This document shows positions 28,838 to 37,789 of a stretch of 56,540 nt of DNA, piece after piece. Under the pieces are notes generated by a model, which was not told the DNA's origin, searched no databases, and saw only the letters and a program-made list of their open reading frames with translations. This stretch comes from Patescibacteria group bacterium (GTDB lineage Bacteria; Patescibacteriota; Patescibacteriia; UBA1558; UBA10009): NCBI GenBank assembly GCA_018817315.1, contig JAHITV010000002.1, forward strand, positions 1 to 56,540. The letters are read 5' to 3'. How positions within the stretch are numbered: the stretch's first letter is position 1; each line of letters opens with the position of its first letter. A program made the translations under genes and the position numbers.

Positions 28838-29905
28838 CTACTCATTAAGACCTGTTTCTTCTTCTAATTTCAGTTCTTTATCCGCCTTTTTATTTATAAA
28901 GTCCGAAATAAATACTGATAAGGCAGTAGCCACCGGCACAGAAATCAAAGCACCGGCAACACCGCCTATTTTAGCACCTATTAAAATCACCACAATCACC
29001 ACTAAAGGATTTAAATCAACTGATTTACCCATTACTTTTGGTACAATAATATGATTTTCCAATTGCTGAATTATAAAATAAAGAGCTATAACTAAGACCC
29101 CCATTAAAGGAGATTGCAAAAAACCAAAGAAGATTGCCGGAATAGCAGCCAAATTTGGACCAATAAAAGGTATAACTTCCAAAATACCAGCAATAAGAGC
29201 AAGTAATAAAGCATATTGTACTCCCAGAATTGATAAACCAATAAAGGATAAGGCAAAAACAATTAAAGAAAGAATTAACTGTCCGCGCAGCCACAATCCC
29301 ATTTTTCTTTGAATCCTAAAAATAACCTGAGCGATATAGGGCTGATATTTTGACGGACTAACTGCCCTAAGGAACTTTTTTAGATTATTTTCTTCAATTG
29401 TCAGATAAAAGGTTATAACCAAAACCAAAAGAAAAGAAACAACGCCTCCAAAAAAAGTAAAGAGAATGGAAAGAATATTATTTACAGCAAATGGCAAACC
29501 AGAACTCAAAGCATTTAAACCTTTTTGCAGTTCAGCCTGTGTATCTATATTTGATTTACCCTGCAAGCTTTGGATACCATTAGCAATTTTTTCATAATAA
29601 ACAGGAAAATGAGTGGCAATTTGACCGATTTCTTTGGTTATCGGAGGAACAATCAGGAAAATAGCTGCAGAAACAATGGATAAAATAATAATATAAATTA
29701 TGATAATACCTAAGCCACGCGGAATCCTGAATTTTTTGAACCAATCTACCAAAGGATCTAAAGCCGATGCCAAAACTAAAGAAATAAAGATTAAAGCAAT
29801 AACCTCTTTAATTAAATAAAGAAAAACAATAATAAAAAAGATGATTAATAATTTTATAAAGGTTGAGGTTGAAATATTAATTGTTGAAGGAGTTTTGTTT
29901 TCCAT
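28838..29905 (-). CDS. AI-2E family transporter (PerM/YhhT-like permease)
   Basis: 355 aa, about 8 TM helices, with family-typical layout including EVIPFIGP. Confidence 0.8.
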   Translation of the reverse strand: MENKTPSTINISTSTFIKLLIIFFIIVFLYLIKEVIALIFISLVLASALDPLVDWFKKFRIPRGLGIIIIYIIILSIVSAAIFLIVPPITKEIGQIATHFPVYYEKIANGIQSLQGKSNIDTQAELQKGLNALSSGLPFAVNNILSILFTFFGGVVSFLLVLVITFYLTIEENNLKKFLRAVSPSKYQPYIAQVIFRIQRKMGLWLRGQLILSLIVFALSFIGLSILGVQYALLLALIAGILEVIPFIGPNLAAIPAIFFGFLQSPLMGVLVIALYFIIQQLENHIIVPKVMGKSVDLNPLVVIVVILIGAKIGGVAGALISVPVATALSVFISDFINKKADKELKLEEETGLNE

Positions 29906-29928
29906 ATATTTATTAAAATTAAACTTGA

Positions 29929-31203
29929 TTAACTTTGTAAAATATTTAAAAATGATTTTTGTTTGGTATAAGGACCAATAATACCCAAATTAACCTTGTT
30001 AGATTTGATAACTTCTTTAGCAGTTCTTTGAACTTGATCTAGAGAAACTTTTTCCAACTTTTTTATTTGCTCATCTAAATCATCTATTTTTCCCTTTAAA
30101 AGCTTTTGGCCGGCTAACCACTCAATTAATTGAGTACTGTCTTCTAATCTTAAAATAAGCTTACCTTTGATATATTCCTTGGCTCTGGATAGTTCTTCCT
30201 TGGTGACTTTACTATTAACAGTCTTCTTAAGCTCCTTAATGATGGTCTTTAAAGCCAGTTTGATTTTGGCTTTATCCAATCCTGCATAAACCGCCAAAAC
30301 TCCGCAATCTTGATAAGAACTGATACCCATTTTAATAAAATAAGCCAAACCCAACTTTTCCCTTATTTCCAAAAATAACCGCGAACTCATATTACCTCCC
30401 AAAATAGTAGCCAACAATGACAAAGAATAAATCCTGGGGTCATCAATCTTATAAGCTGGATAACCTAAAGCAATATGCACCTGTTCTGTCTCTTTAGTTT
30501 TTAAAACTATTCTAGGCTTTTTTTGCTGACTGGCAAAAGTTTTAAAAGAACTTGTTGATGATTTGAAAATCTGACGGTTGAAATATTTATTGATTAAGTT
30601 CTTCGCTTTCTGCTTATTAAATTTACCGGCTACTCCAACTATAATATTATTACCAATATAATTATTATTAAAATATTTAACAATCTGACTGCGGCTAATT
30701 TTTTGAATATTTTCTTTAGAACCGCTAACATCTCTACCCAAAGGATGTTTATAAAATATACACTCTTCCAAAAGACTGCCGATCAAAATCATGGGATTAT
30801 CATCATACATATTGATTTCTTCTATTATCACTCCCCTTTCTTTATCTATCTCCTCTTTGCTGAAAACAGAGTTAAACAGCATATCCGAAACTATATCCAT
30901 TGCCAGCTCCAGTTTATCATGATTAACCTTAATGTAATAACCTGTGTGATCTTTGCCGGTAAAAGCATTGTAATCTGCTCCTACTCCGTCCAATTCCTTG
31001 CTGATATCCAAGCTGGTTGGCCGTTTTTTAGTGCCTTTGAATAATAAATGTTCAATAAAGTGGGAAATACCGCCCAAATTAGCAGACTCATAACGTGAGC
31101 CGACTTTAACCAAAACCAAGACTGTTACTGCTTCGGTTTCTTTTAAAGGGGCAAGTAAAACTTTTGTTTTATTTGATAATTGATCTAAGTAATATTCTGT
31201 CAT
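29929..31203 (-). CDS. M16-family (pitrilysin/insulinase-like) zinc peptidase
   Basis: 424 aa with the inverted zinc motif HFIEH followed by LFKGT. Confidence 0.8.
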   Translation of the reverse strand: MTEYYLDQLSNKTKVLLAPLKETEAVTVLVLVKVGSRYESANLGGISHFIEHLLFKGTKKRPTSLDISKELDGVGADYNAFTGKDHTGYYIKVNHDKLELAMDIVSDMLFNSVFSKEEIDKERGVIIEEINMYDDNPMILIGSLLEECIFYKHPLGRDVSGSKENIQKISRSQIVKYFNNNYIGNNIIVGVAGKFNKQKAKNLINKYFNRQIFKSSTSSFKTFASQQKKPRIVLKTKETEQVHIALGYPAYKIDDPRIYSLSLLATILGGNMSSRLFLEIREKLGLAYFIKMGISSYQDCGVLAVYAGLDKAKIKLALKTIIKELKKTVNSKVTKEELSRAKEYIKGKLILRLEDSTQLIEWLAGQKLLKGKIDDLDEQIKKLEKVSLDQVQRTAKEVIKSNKVNLGIIGPYTKQKSFLNILQS

Positions 31204-31245
31204 TAAATTAATCTAACGATTTTTTTGTACAACAATTAAAATATC

Positions 31246-32013
31246 TTAAAAACTAAAACTGTCTAGAATCGTATCATAAAATACTTTGTTACTCTGGTTA
31301 TCTACATCAATCATGTCTATCATAAAAATTTTATCACCCTTCAAGAAAAAAATAATTTCACCAGAAAAAACTCCTTGAGATTCTGGTGTATAAACTTTCA
31401 CAGCTGCTTTACCGTCTAACTCAGCATTAAAATTATCTGGAAAGGTAAAACCAACAAATTTCTCTTTAAGCCAAGTTAACAAATCCGTATTAGCAGGCAA
31501 GTTGTAAGCATCAGTAGATCTATGAGTCACTGAAAATGTCGCTAGATTTAATTCATTTCTAGCACCAGTGTATGTTTGCATTATTACATAATCTGAATCA
31601 GTCCTATTTAAGAAACAAAGACATTCTTCTGGTCTTTCAGCTGGCGGACTTTGTTTACAATATCCAGGCAAAGGACCGTCTAGACAATCTACTGGATAAT
31701 TAAATGAATAATTATATTTAGTATTTTCGTAAGTCTGCCAATTAGTCACTGAATCGTTTTTTTCACTCTCTTGTTCTTCTTCATCACTTTGCGCTTGCTG
31801 CAATTTATTAACTTGTGCCATTAAACTATTCACTTGTTGTTCTAAATACTGAATCTCTAAATCTTTATCTTGATCAATGAAATACTGCCAGGCATAAACT
31901 CCGCCGCCGGAAATTACTAAAGTAATAATAACCGTGATGACGATTGCCAAAACACTGTTTGATTTAGATTGATTCTGTTGTTCGTCTTGAAGATTTTGAA
32001 TTTGTGGTTCCAT
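31246..32013 (-). CDS. membrane-anchored hypothetical protein (TM helix, coiled coil, Cys-containing globular domain)
   Basis: 255-aa ORF with one N-terminal TM segment (VLAIVITVIITLVISGGGVYAW). No recognised family. Confidence 0.45.
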   Translation of the reverse strand: MEPQIQNLQDEQQNQSKSNSVLAIVITVIITLVISGGGVYAWQYFIDQDKDLEIQYLEQQVNSLMAQVNKLQQAQSDEEEQESEKNDSVTNWQTYENTKYNYSFNYPVDCLDGPLPGYCKQSPPAERPEECLCFLNRTDSDYVIMQTYTGARNELNLATFSVTHRSTDAYNLPANTDLLTWLKEKFVGFTFPDNFNAELDGKAAVKVYTPESQGVFSGEIIFFLKGDKIFMIDMIDVDNQSNKVFYDTILDSFSF

Positions 32014-32017
32014 ATTA

Positions 32018-33433
32018 TTAATTTAACTTATTAATAAAATAATCCATAATTTCGGCAATGGCGATTCTTTCCTGTTTCATGGTGTCGCGATCGCGTACTG
32101 TTACTTTTTTATCTTCCAAGGAATCAAAATCAACAGTCACGCAATAGGGAGTGCCGATTTCATCCTGACGGCGGTAACGACGGCCAATTGCTTGAGTTGA
32201 ATCATAATGACACATATATTGCTGGCTGAGTTTTGTGTAAATCTCTTGACTGACCTTTTCCAAATTTTCTTTTTTGGACAAAGGCAGAACCGCGATTTTA
32301 ACCGGCGCCAGACGTTTATCTAATTTTAAAACAACTTCCATTTCTTTCGTGCTTTTTGTAGTAGTAGTTCTGCCTCCTTCAATCTCTGTATAAGCATCAA
32401 CTAAAAAAGCCAAAAGAGAACGGTCAATACCGCCGGAAGTTTCTATAATATGGGGCAAATATTCTTTTTTTGTTTCTTCATCTAAAACTTTTAAGTCTTT
32501 GCCTGAATACTGCTGATGACGACTTAAGTCAAAATCTCCGCGGTTATGTATGCCTTCCAGTTCGCTCTGGTCAAAAGGAAAATTATATTCTATATCCCAT
32601 GCTACTTTGGCATAATGAGCCAATTCATTTTTTTGATGTTCTCGGTATTTTAAATTTTTCCTGTTCAAGCCCAGATTTATATACCACTCTAATCTTTGCT
32701 TTTTCCAATACTCAAAATATTTAGCCGCCTCTTTGGGATGAATAAAATACTGCATTTCCATCTGTTCAAATTCTCTGGTGCGGAAAATAAAATTACCCGG
32801 TGTTATTTCATTACGAAAAGCTTTGCCGATTTGGGCAATACCAAAAGGAATTTTTTTATTAGTTGTCAGTCTGATGCTTTCAAAATTAACATAAATGCCT
32901 TGGGCTGTTTCTGGCCGTAAATAAATCTGCGCAGATTTATCCTCTAAAACTCCCATAAAAGTTTTAAACATTAAATTAAAATTTCTCACTTTTGTTAATT
33001 CTCCGCCACACTCCGGACATTTATTATCATCTTTTTTAAGAGAAGTAGCAGGTTGAAATTCTGGCTTTATACTTTTGGTTTCCAAAAGATGATCAGCACG
33101 AAAACGTTTTTTACAGAACTTGCAATCTACCAAAGGATCAGTAAACCCTTCTAAATGACCGGAAGCTTCCCATATTTTAGGATGCATTAAAATTGCCGAA
33201 TCTAAACCTACAATTTCATCTCTTTGTTGAACCATTTCCTTCCACCATTCCTTTTTAATATTATTTTTAAGTTCCACACCTAAAGGACCATAATCATAAG
33301 AAGAACTTAATCCTCCATAAATTTCCGAAGAAGGAAAAATAAAACCACGGCGTTTACACAAAGAAACTATCTTTTCCATCTTATTATTTTCTGACTGTGA
33401 AGATGGCTGCTTTTTTTTACCTTTTAAAGACAT
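32018..33433 (-). CDS. glyQS: glycine--tRNA ligase (dimeric class II type)
   Basis: 471 aa with RPETAQGIYVNF and FRNEITPGNFIFRTREFEQME motifs and a C-terminal anticodon-binding domain. Confidence 0.93.
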   Translation of the reverse strand: MSLKGKKKQPSSQSENNKMEKIVSLCKRRGFIFPSSEIYGGLSSSYDYGPLGVELKNNIKKEWWKEMVQQRDEIVGLDSAILMHPKIWEASGHLEGFTDPLVDCKFCKKRFRADHLLETKSIKPEFQPATSLKKDDNKCPECGGELTKVRNFNLMFKTFMGVLEDKSAQIYLRPETAQGIYVNFESIRLTTNKKIPFGIAQIGKAFRNEITPGNFIFRTREFEQMEMQYFIHPKEAAKYFEYWKKQRLEWYINLGLNRKNLKYREHQKNELAHYAKVAWDIEYNFPFDQSELEGIHNRGDFDLSRHQQYSGKDLKVLDEETKKEYLPHIIETSGGIDRSLLAFLVDAYTEIEGGRTTTTKSTKEMEVVLKLDKRLAPVKIAVLPLSKKENLEKVSQEIYTKLSQQYMCHYDSTQAIGRRYRRQDEIGTPYCVTVDFDSLEDKKVTVRDRDTMKQERIAIAEIMDYFINKLN

Positions 33434-33477
33434 AATCCTTGATTTTTAAGTTGGTTATTTTATCAGTAACTTTATTT

Positions 33478-33506
33478 ATTATAATAAAATTAACTAAAAA
33501 TTACAA
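33478..33506 (-). promoter_or_regulatory. candidate glyQS promoter
   Basis: Minus strand reads TTGTAA (33506-33501), a 17-nt spacer, then TATAAT (33483-33478). Confidence 0.45.
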
Positions 33507-33521
33507 ATTCTATTTTTTGAC

Positions 33522-33556
33522 ACTTCGGCCCTTCGCTCTTCGGCTACCTCGACCTT
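33522..33556. repeat. GC-rich heptamer-phased array (acttcgg, cccttcg, ctcttcg, gctacct, cgacctt)
   Basis: TTCG recurs with period 7 at the left edge of the high-G+C island. An 8-bp hairpin GTCGCTTC/GAAGCGAC follows at 33571-33598. Confidence 0.45.
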
Positions 33557-33715
33557 TCAATAAATTCAAAGTCGCTTCAAGAAAAGTCGAGAAGCGACAA
33601 GCTCGGAGAGGGCAAACTCAGAGCTTAGGGCTCAGTGTCAACATTGCCTCACACCGAAAGTGCTCAGCACGAGGTGAGTAAGCCCCGATGCTTGCCATCG
33701 GAGTTACCGAATGGG

Positions 33716-33744
33716 TTGACAAATTACCCATAATTATTTATTCT
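33716..33744 (+). promoter_or_regulatory. sigma70-type promoter, island unit 1
   Basis: TTGACA (33716-33721), a 17-nt spacer, then TATTCT (33739-33744). Confidence 0.5.
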
Positions 33745-33784
33745 AATATGAATGGGTTCATTATAGCTAGGAGGAGATTTAGCC

Positions 33785-34162
33785 ATGACTCAAAGTGATT
33801 CTACCCAAGCTTTACCAGCGCCAGATGGAACGGGAAAAACGCGAAAAGCAAGGCAAAAAATTATTAATATGCTGGCTAAAACAATTTGTGATAAGTTGTT
33901 AACAGGCGGTACTGGCAGTGATGTTCTGCATTTTATTGAAAAAATTTTGGAATATGTAAAAAGCTTCCCGCCCCCGCTCCTGCCATCATTAAGCGCTTGG
34001 GAACAACAAGAAACTCAAAAGGGTCCTACTTCGTCACCTAAATACTTTTATATAATAATGGTGACAAATGGATTTGCTGAAAAAGATATTAAGATGTTTG
34101 TCAGACTTGTCAGACTTCATACCACACTACTTATGAAAAAGCGAGCAACGCTGGGTACTTAA
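33785..34162 (+). CDS. hypothetical protein (125 aa)
   Basis: ATG preceded by AGGAGGAG (33769-33776) and followed by a terminator hairpin. No recognisable domain. Confidence 0.45.
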   Translation: MTQSDSTQALPAPDGTGKTRKARQKIINMLAKTICDKLLTGGTGSDVLHFIEKILEYVKSFPPPLLPSLSAWEQQETQKGPTSSPKYFYIIMVTNGFAEKDIKMFVRLVRLHTTLLMKKRATLGT

Positions 34163-34163
34163 T

Positions 34164-34207
34164 CCACCTATATAAATCTGAATACATTAATGTATAGGTG
34201 GATTTTG
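34164..34207 (+). terminator. intrinsic terminator, island unit 1
   Basis: CCACCTATA (34164-34172) pairs with TATAGGTGG (34193-34201), followed by ATTTT. Confidence 0.55.
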
Positions 34208-34268
34208 ACTTTGGATCAAGATTTGATTTAGTTTTATTGTCAACCCAGTCCCGAGCTTGTCGAGGGGG

Positions 34269-34297
34269 TTGACAAAACATTAAATTTAATTTATTAT
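34269..34297 (+). promoter_or_regulatory. sigma70-type promoter, island unit 2
   Basis: TTGACA (34269-34274), a 17-nt spacer, then TATTAT (34292-34297). The -35 box lies in the 3' arm of the inverted repeat TTGTCAACCC (34237-34246) / GGGTTGACAA (34266-34275). Confidence 0.6.
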
Positions 34298-34384
34298 ATG
34301 ACATTATCCAATCTGATCTTTTCACTTGTAAATAAAAAATTTGAGATAAAACAAGATTAACGGAAAAAAGCAGGAGATTTGAAA

Positions 34385-35443
34385 ATGAATGTACTCCTTG
34401 TAGCAAACATGGTGGCTTCAAAACAAGCGTTTGAAATGCTCAAAAAAGAGTTAGAAAAACGCGGCCATCAAGTCTTCCCGTTCCTTAGTGCAGGAAAGCT
34501 GGAGGAAACTCTAGTTACAGATATCGCCCCGATAATAGCGAACAGTAATCTTATTGTACTTGGGATGTCATCTGACGAAAACTTGGCCCAACAAGAGCTA
34601 GGTATCGCAAAAATTGCCAAAGAAAATAATACACCTTACTGTTTCTATGGCGATACTTACAGCTCATGCGCACGTCCGCATCTCCAGCAAGCTCTTGAAA
34701 AAGCCGGCACCCTCTTTGTTATCAACGGAGAGGAAGCTGAAAAGGCAAGTATGGTCTTCCCGCAGCTCAAGGTGGTGGTATCCGGAAATCCCACCTGGGA
34801 AGAATTCTGCTTCCCTAAATTCACTCCGAAACTAATCCGGCATTCACTCTCCATTGCCGAGGACGAAATAGTTATTCTGGTTCCTTTTGGGAAGATGTTT
34901 GATATCAACCGACTGCACCTCAACGGAGTAATCCAAGCCGTTGATCTCGCCGGTGGACAAACACCTAATGGCAAAAAAATTCGGATTATTGCCAGTTCTC
35001 ATCCAGGCGATCCTGTTGAACCAGAAAAATATTGCGGATTAGTGGAACCTCATCAGTTTACCAGGATTATACCCAGCGCCTTGGCACCGACGTTGGGCTT
35101 ACTGCCTGGTGTAGACCTGGTAATAGGATCTGCTTCAACCGTAGGCGTTGCCGCCGCACATCAAGGTATTTCAGTAATTGATTTTCTTACTAAAAAAGCA
35201 CTGGATCGCCTTGAGCAAAGCACCGGCCAAAGAACTTGGGCGCCTTGCAACCTGGGAGCTTCCTGCATGGTTACTGAATCAGAATCAGAAAGAGAATTAA
35301 TGAAAGCAATCCTGGCCCTCCTTAAGGATCCTACGTCAATGCGCGAGCGGCAGAAAGCTGTTTATCCTGCCCCAACTAAGATCGGTGCAGCCGTCGAAAT
35401 TATGGCTGACACCATTAAACAGCTCGCTCAAGAAATCACCTAA
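34385..35443 (+). CDS. uncharacterised two-Rossmann-lobe (GT-B glycosyltransferase/epimerase-like) protein, paralog A
   Basis: Start moved to ATG 34385, 8 nt after AGGAG (track start is TTG 34379). An alternating beta-alpha pattern and the motifs VVSGNPTWEEF and IGSASTVGVAAAHQGISVI resemble GT-B/2-epimerase-like folds. Function unassigned. Confidence 0.6.
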   Translation: MNVLLVANMVASKQAFEMLKKELEKRGHQVFPFLSAGKLEETLVTDIAPIIANSNLIVLGMSSDENLAQQELGIAKIAKENNTPYCFYGDTYSSCARPHLQQALEKAGTLFVINGEEAEKASMVFPQLKVVVSGNPTWEEFCFPKFTPKLIRHSLSIAEDEIVILVPFGKMFDINRLHLNGVIQAVDLAGGQTPNGKKIRIIASSHPGDPVEPEKYCGLVEPHQFTRIIPSALAPTLGLLPGVDLVIGSASTVGVAAAHQGISVIDFLTKKALDRLEQSTGQRTWAPCNLGASCMVTESESERELMKAILALLKDPTSMRERQKAVYPAPTKIGAAVEIMADTIKQLAQEIT

Positions 35444-35473
35444 CTATCACTTCATTCACAAAATCTCAACATA

Positions 35474-35504
35474 GGGATTGGCAACGTGCCGATCCCTTTT
35501 TTTT
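35474..35504 (+). terminator. intrinsic terminator, island unit 2
   Basis: GGGATTGGCA-ACG-TGCCGATCCC (10-bp stem including one G-U pair) followed by T8. Confidence 0.7.
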
Positions 35505-35532
35505 ATTGTCAAGCCCTTTGTGAAAGGCTTGC

Positions 35533-35561
35533 TTGACAAAACATTAAATTTGATTTATGAT
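35533..35561 (+). promoter_or_regulatory. sigma70-type promoter, island unit 3
   Basis: TTGACA (35533-35538), a 17-nt spacer, then TATGAT (35556-35561). The -35 through spacer (TTGACAAAACATTAAATTTRATT) is nearly identical to unit 2. An inverted TTGTCAAGC lies upstream at 35506-35514. Confidence 0.6.
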
Positions 35562-35644
35562 GCAGTATAATTTAATTGCTCATTTTGTTATAAATTCCGA
35601 AGAATTCTGACAATAAACCAAACCGACGAAAGCAGAGGTGACAC

Positions 35645-36655
35645 ATGAACTTATTATTTGCAGGTTTTGATTTGGCAGCAGCCAAAAACCTAATCATGGT
35701 GGCTCAAGCTGCCCAAATAAAAAACCATCAGGTAACATTCATCGGTAACCAATTAATGTCCAGATTCATTATTGGCGACAAACCTGATGCTATTATCACT
35801 GGTCTAGCTTCGTTTAAAACCGAAAACGAACTAATCTTCGCTACCATGGCCAGAGATTCCAAGATTCCTCACTTGGTCATTGCCGAAACACATTTTTCCT
35901 GGGCCCGTCCCAAAGCCGAGGGTCTGATGACGCACGCGATTTGCGCTGTAGCTTCGCCAGCCGAAATCGCGGAAGCTAAAAAATGGGGTTACAGCGATGC
36001 CGTCTATCTAGGTGGTCCTCCGCTCTGGCAAGCTTTTAGAAGATTAAAGCCAGCCCAACTGGTCATTCCAGAAGATACCAAAGTCATCCTGGTCGGTGGC
36101 ATCAAAGACGCCAGACTGACCGACATGATGCTGGCCGAGGTAGCCAAATCCATAAAGGCTTTGGCTGCTACTCATGGCATCAAGTTGCAGCTGATCTTTC
36201 GGCCGCATCCCAATGAACCAGCGGAAACTTATAACGAAGCTCGACGGAAAGGAATACTGGAAGGAGTTGAACCTTTACCTTCTGATGCTCCGACAGACAA
36301 CTTGATTTCAGAGGTAGACGTTTCAATCTTTACTTCCGGAGCCATGGGAACGATTATAGCCCCGATCCTGCGAAAACCATCTATCTACTACGAAGATGAC
36401 TGGGTCTGCAAGCGCATGGTTAGTCAGATCGGTCGCAAGGACTGGCTACCAGCTGAAGAAGGAGCTTTGATCAAAGCCACGCCCGAGACTTTGACTGCTG
36501 AGCTGGAATGGATGCTCAAGCTCAAAGAAAAAGAATTATCCGAACACCACGAACAATTATCTGCTTGCCAAGCCGGCGTCTATCCTGATCCTAAGCCCCT
36601 ATCTTCACCTGAGGAAGAGATCCTTTTCTTCATCGAGAAAACTTGGCAAAACTGA
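35645..36655 (+). CDS. uncharacterised two-Rossmann-lobe (GT-B-like) protein, paralog B
   Basis: 336 aa with ATG 6 nt after GAGG. Same length class and domain order as paralog A (for example LGGPPLWQAF versus VSGNPTWEEF). Distant paralogy judged by eye. Confidence 0.6.
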   Translation: MNLLFAGFDLAAAKNLIMVAQAAQIKNHQVTFIGNQLMSRFIIGDKPDAIITGLASFKTENELIFATMARDSKIPHLVIAETHFSWARPKAEGLMTHAICAVASPAEIAEAKKWGYSDAVYLGGPPLWQAFRRLKPAQLVIPEDTKVILVGGIKDARLTDMMLAEVAKSIKALAATHGIKLQLIFRPHPNEPAETYNEARRKGILEGVEPLPSDAPTDNLISEVDVSIFTSGAMGTIIAPILRKPSIYYEDDWVCKRMVSQIGRKDWLPAEEGALIKATPETLTAELEWMLKLKEKELSEHHEQLSACQAGVYPDPKPLSSPEEEILFFIEKTWQN

Positions 36656-36687
36656 TCATTCGGAATCCATTACGAAATCTCACCATA

Positions 36688-36717
36688 GGGATTGGCAACA
36701 TGCCGATCCCTTTTTTT
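36688..36717 (+). terminator. intrinsic terminator, island unit 3
   Basis: GGGATTGGCA-ACA-TGCCGATCCC followed by T7. Differs from the unit 2 terminator by a single base. Confidence 0.7.
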
Positions 36718-36719
36718 AT

Positions 36720-36748
36720 TTGACATAATAAATTTCACCTTCTATAAT
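36720..36748 (+). promoter_or_regulatory. sigma70-type promoter, island unit 4
   Basis: TTGACA (36720-36725), a 17-nt spacer, then TATAAT (36743-36748). Confidence 0.6.
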
Positions 36749-36794
36749 AACTTATTAATTCAAATCTGATCATTTCAAAAAAGAAAGGGGAAAC

Positions 36795-37724
36795 ATGAAA
36801 GCCCTTTGTTCTGTACTCATCTTTCTGTTCTTGTCCATTAGCGGTTTTACTCAAGTGACAGAAATGAATTGCGGCGATACTGCCACAGGGAATTTTGGTC
36901 AATCCGGAAATGAATATCTTTTTGGCTTTGAGAATCATTATCAAAGCCAATTGAACATCATACTTATCTGTGAGCAATCACATCTTGATCTCTTTTCCCG
37001 GCTACCTGAGTTACCTTGGCCATCAGACACTTGTTGGCTTGCCGAAGGATACGGGCAAATTGATATTGCCTCTCTTCCCAAAGGCACCTATTATATCCGG
37101 GCAACAGGAATTGGTCCATTTCAAATGCGACTTTATTGTGAGGAGTATCAACTTCCTGTTGAGCTAACCGTTTTTGAAGCAACCGCAGGCAATGGACAAG
37201 TGACACTACACTGGCAAACAGCCAGTGAGAAGGACAATGACTGCTTTGAATTGCAACGCCAAACAGAAAACAGCCAATGGATAACCATTGCAGAAATTCC
37301 CGGCAGCGGCAACAGCCAAACAACTATCAACTATGAGTATATTGATCAGGCAGTTGTTAATGGTGTGACCTACGTTTATTGTCTACTGTCACGCGACTTA
37401 AACGGCACTATCCATGATTACGGACAAACAGCAGAAGCTACACCTCTAACGCCGATACCAACAGAGTATGCGCTTCACCAAAACTTCCCTAACCCCTTTA
37501 ATCCGCAAACAAGTATTTCGTATGCCTTGACGGAAACGGGGTTCGTGACTTTAAAAGTTTACAATGTCATGGGTCAGGAAGTGGCAAATTTGGTAGATGG
37601 CCAAATGGAAAGTGGCCATCATACAACGACGTTTGACGGCAAAAATCTGCCAGCCGGCATTTACTTTTACACACTGAAAGTGGCTAATTTCACCAGCACC
37701 AAAAAAATGCTGCTGGTAAAATAA
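36795..37724 (+). CDS. secreted protein with a T9SS type A C-terminal sorting domain
   Basis: 309 aa with signal peptide MKALCSVLIFLFLSISGFTQ. A middle module (LTVFEATAGNGQVTLHWQTASEKDNDCFELQR) is typical of FCB-group cell-surface proteins. The C-terminus LHQNFPNPFNPQTSISYAL...GIYFYTLKV...KKMLLVK matches the Por/T9SS CTD pattern. Confidence 0.75.
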   Translation: MKALCSVLIFLFLSISGFTQVTEMNCGDTATGNFGQSGNEYLFGFENHYQSQLNIILICEQSHLDLFSRLPELPWPSDTCWLAEGYGQIDIASLPKGTYYIRATGIGPFQMRLYCEEYQLPVELTVFEATAGNGQVTLHWQTASEKDNDCFELQRQTENSQWITIAEIPGSGNSQTTINYEYIDQAVVNGVTYVYCLLSRDLNGTIHDYGQTAEATPLTPIPTEYALHQNFPNPFNPQTSISYALTETGFVTLKVYNVMGQEVANLVDGQMESGHHTTTFDGKNLPAGIYFYTLKVANFTSTKKMLLVK

Positions 37725-37755
37725 AAAAGGGTAGATCAAAAGACTCCCAAACAAA

Positions 37756-37789
37756 AGCCCGATTGTGGTTAATCGGGCTTCTTTATTTT
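37756..37789 (+). terminator. intrinsic terminator (bidirectional; also closes glmS on the minus strand)
   Basis: AGCCCGATT-GTGGTT-AATCGGGCT followed by TCTTTATTTT. On the other side it is preceded by an A-rich run. Confidence 0.6.

Noticed and set aside
33434-33720. A T-box leader upstream of glyQS on the minus strand.
   Set aside because: The reverse complement lacks the T-box consensus (AAnnnGGGUGGnACCGCG), an AG-bulge/GNRA Stem I architecture and a terminator/antiterminator pair. A good promoter (33478-33506) lies only about 45 nt from the ATG, which would leave the GC-rich segment untranscribed.
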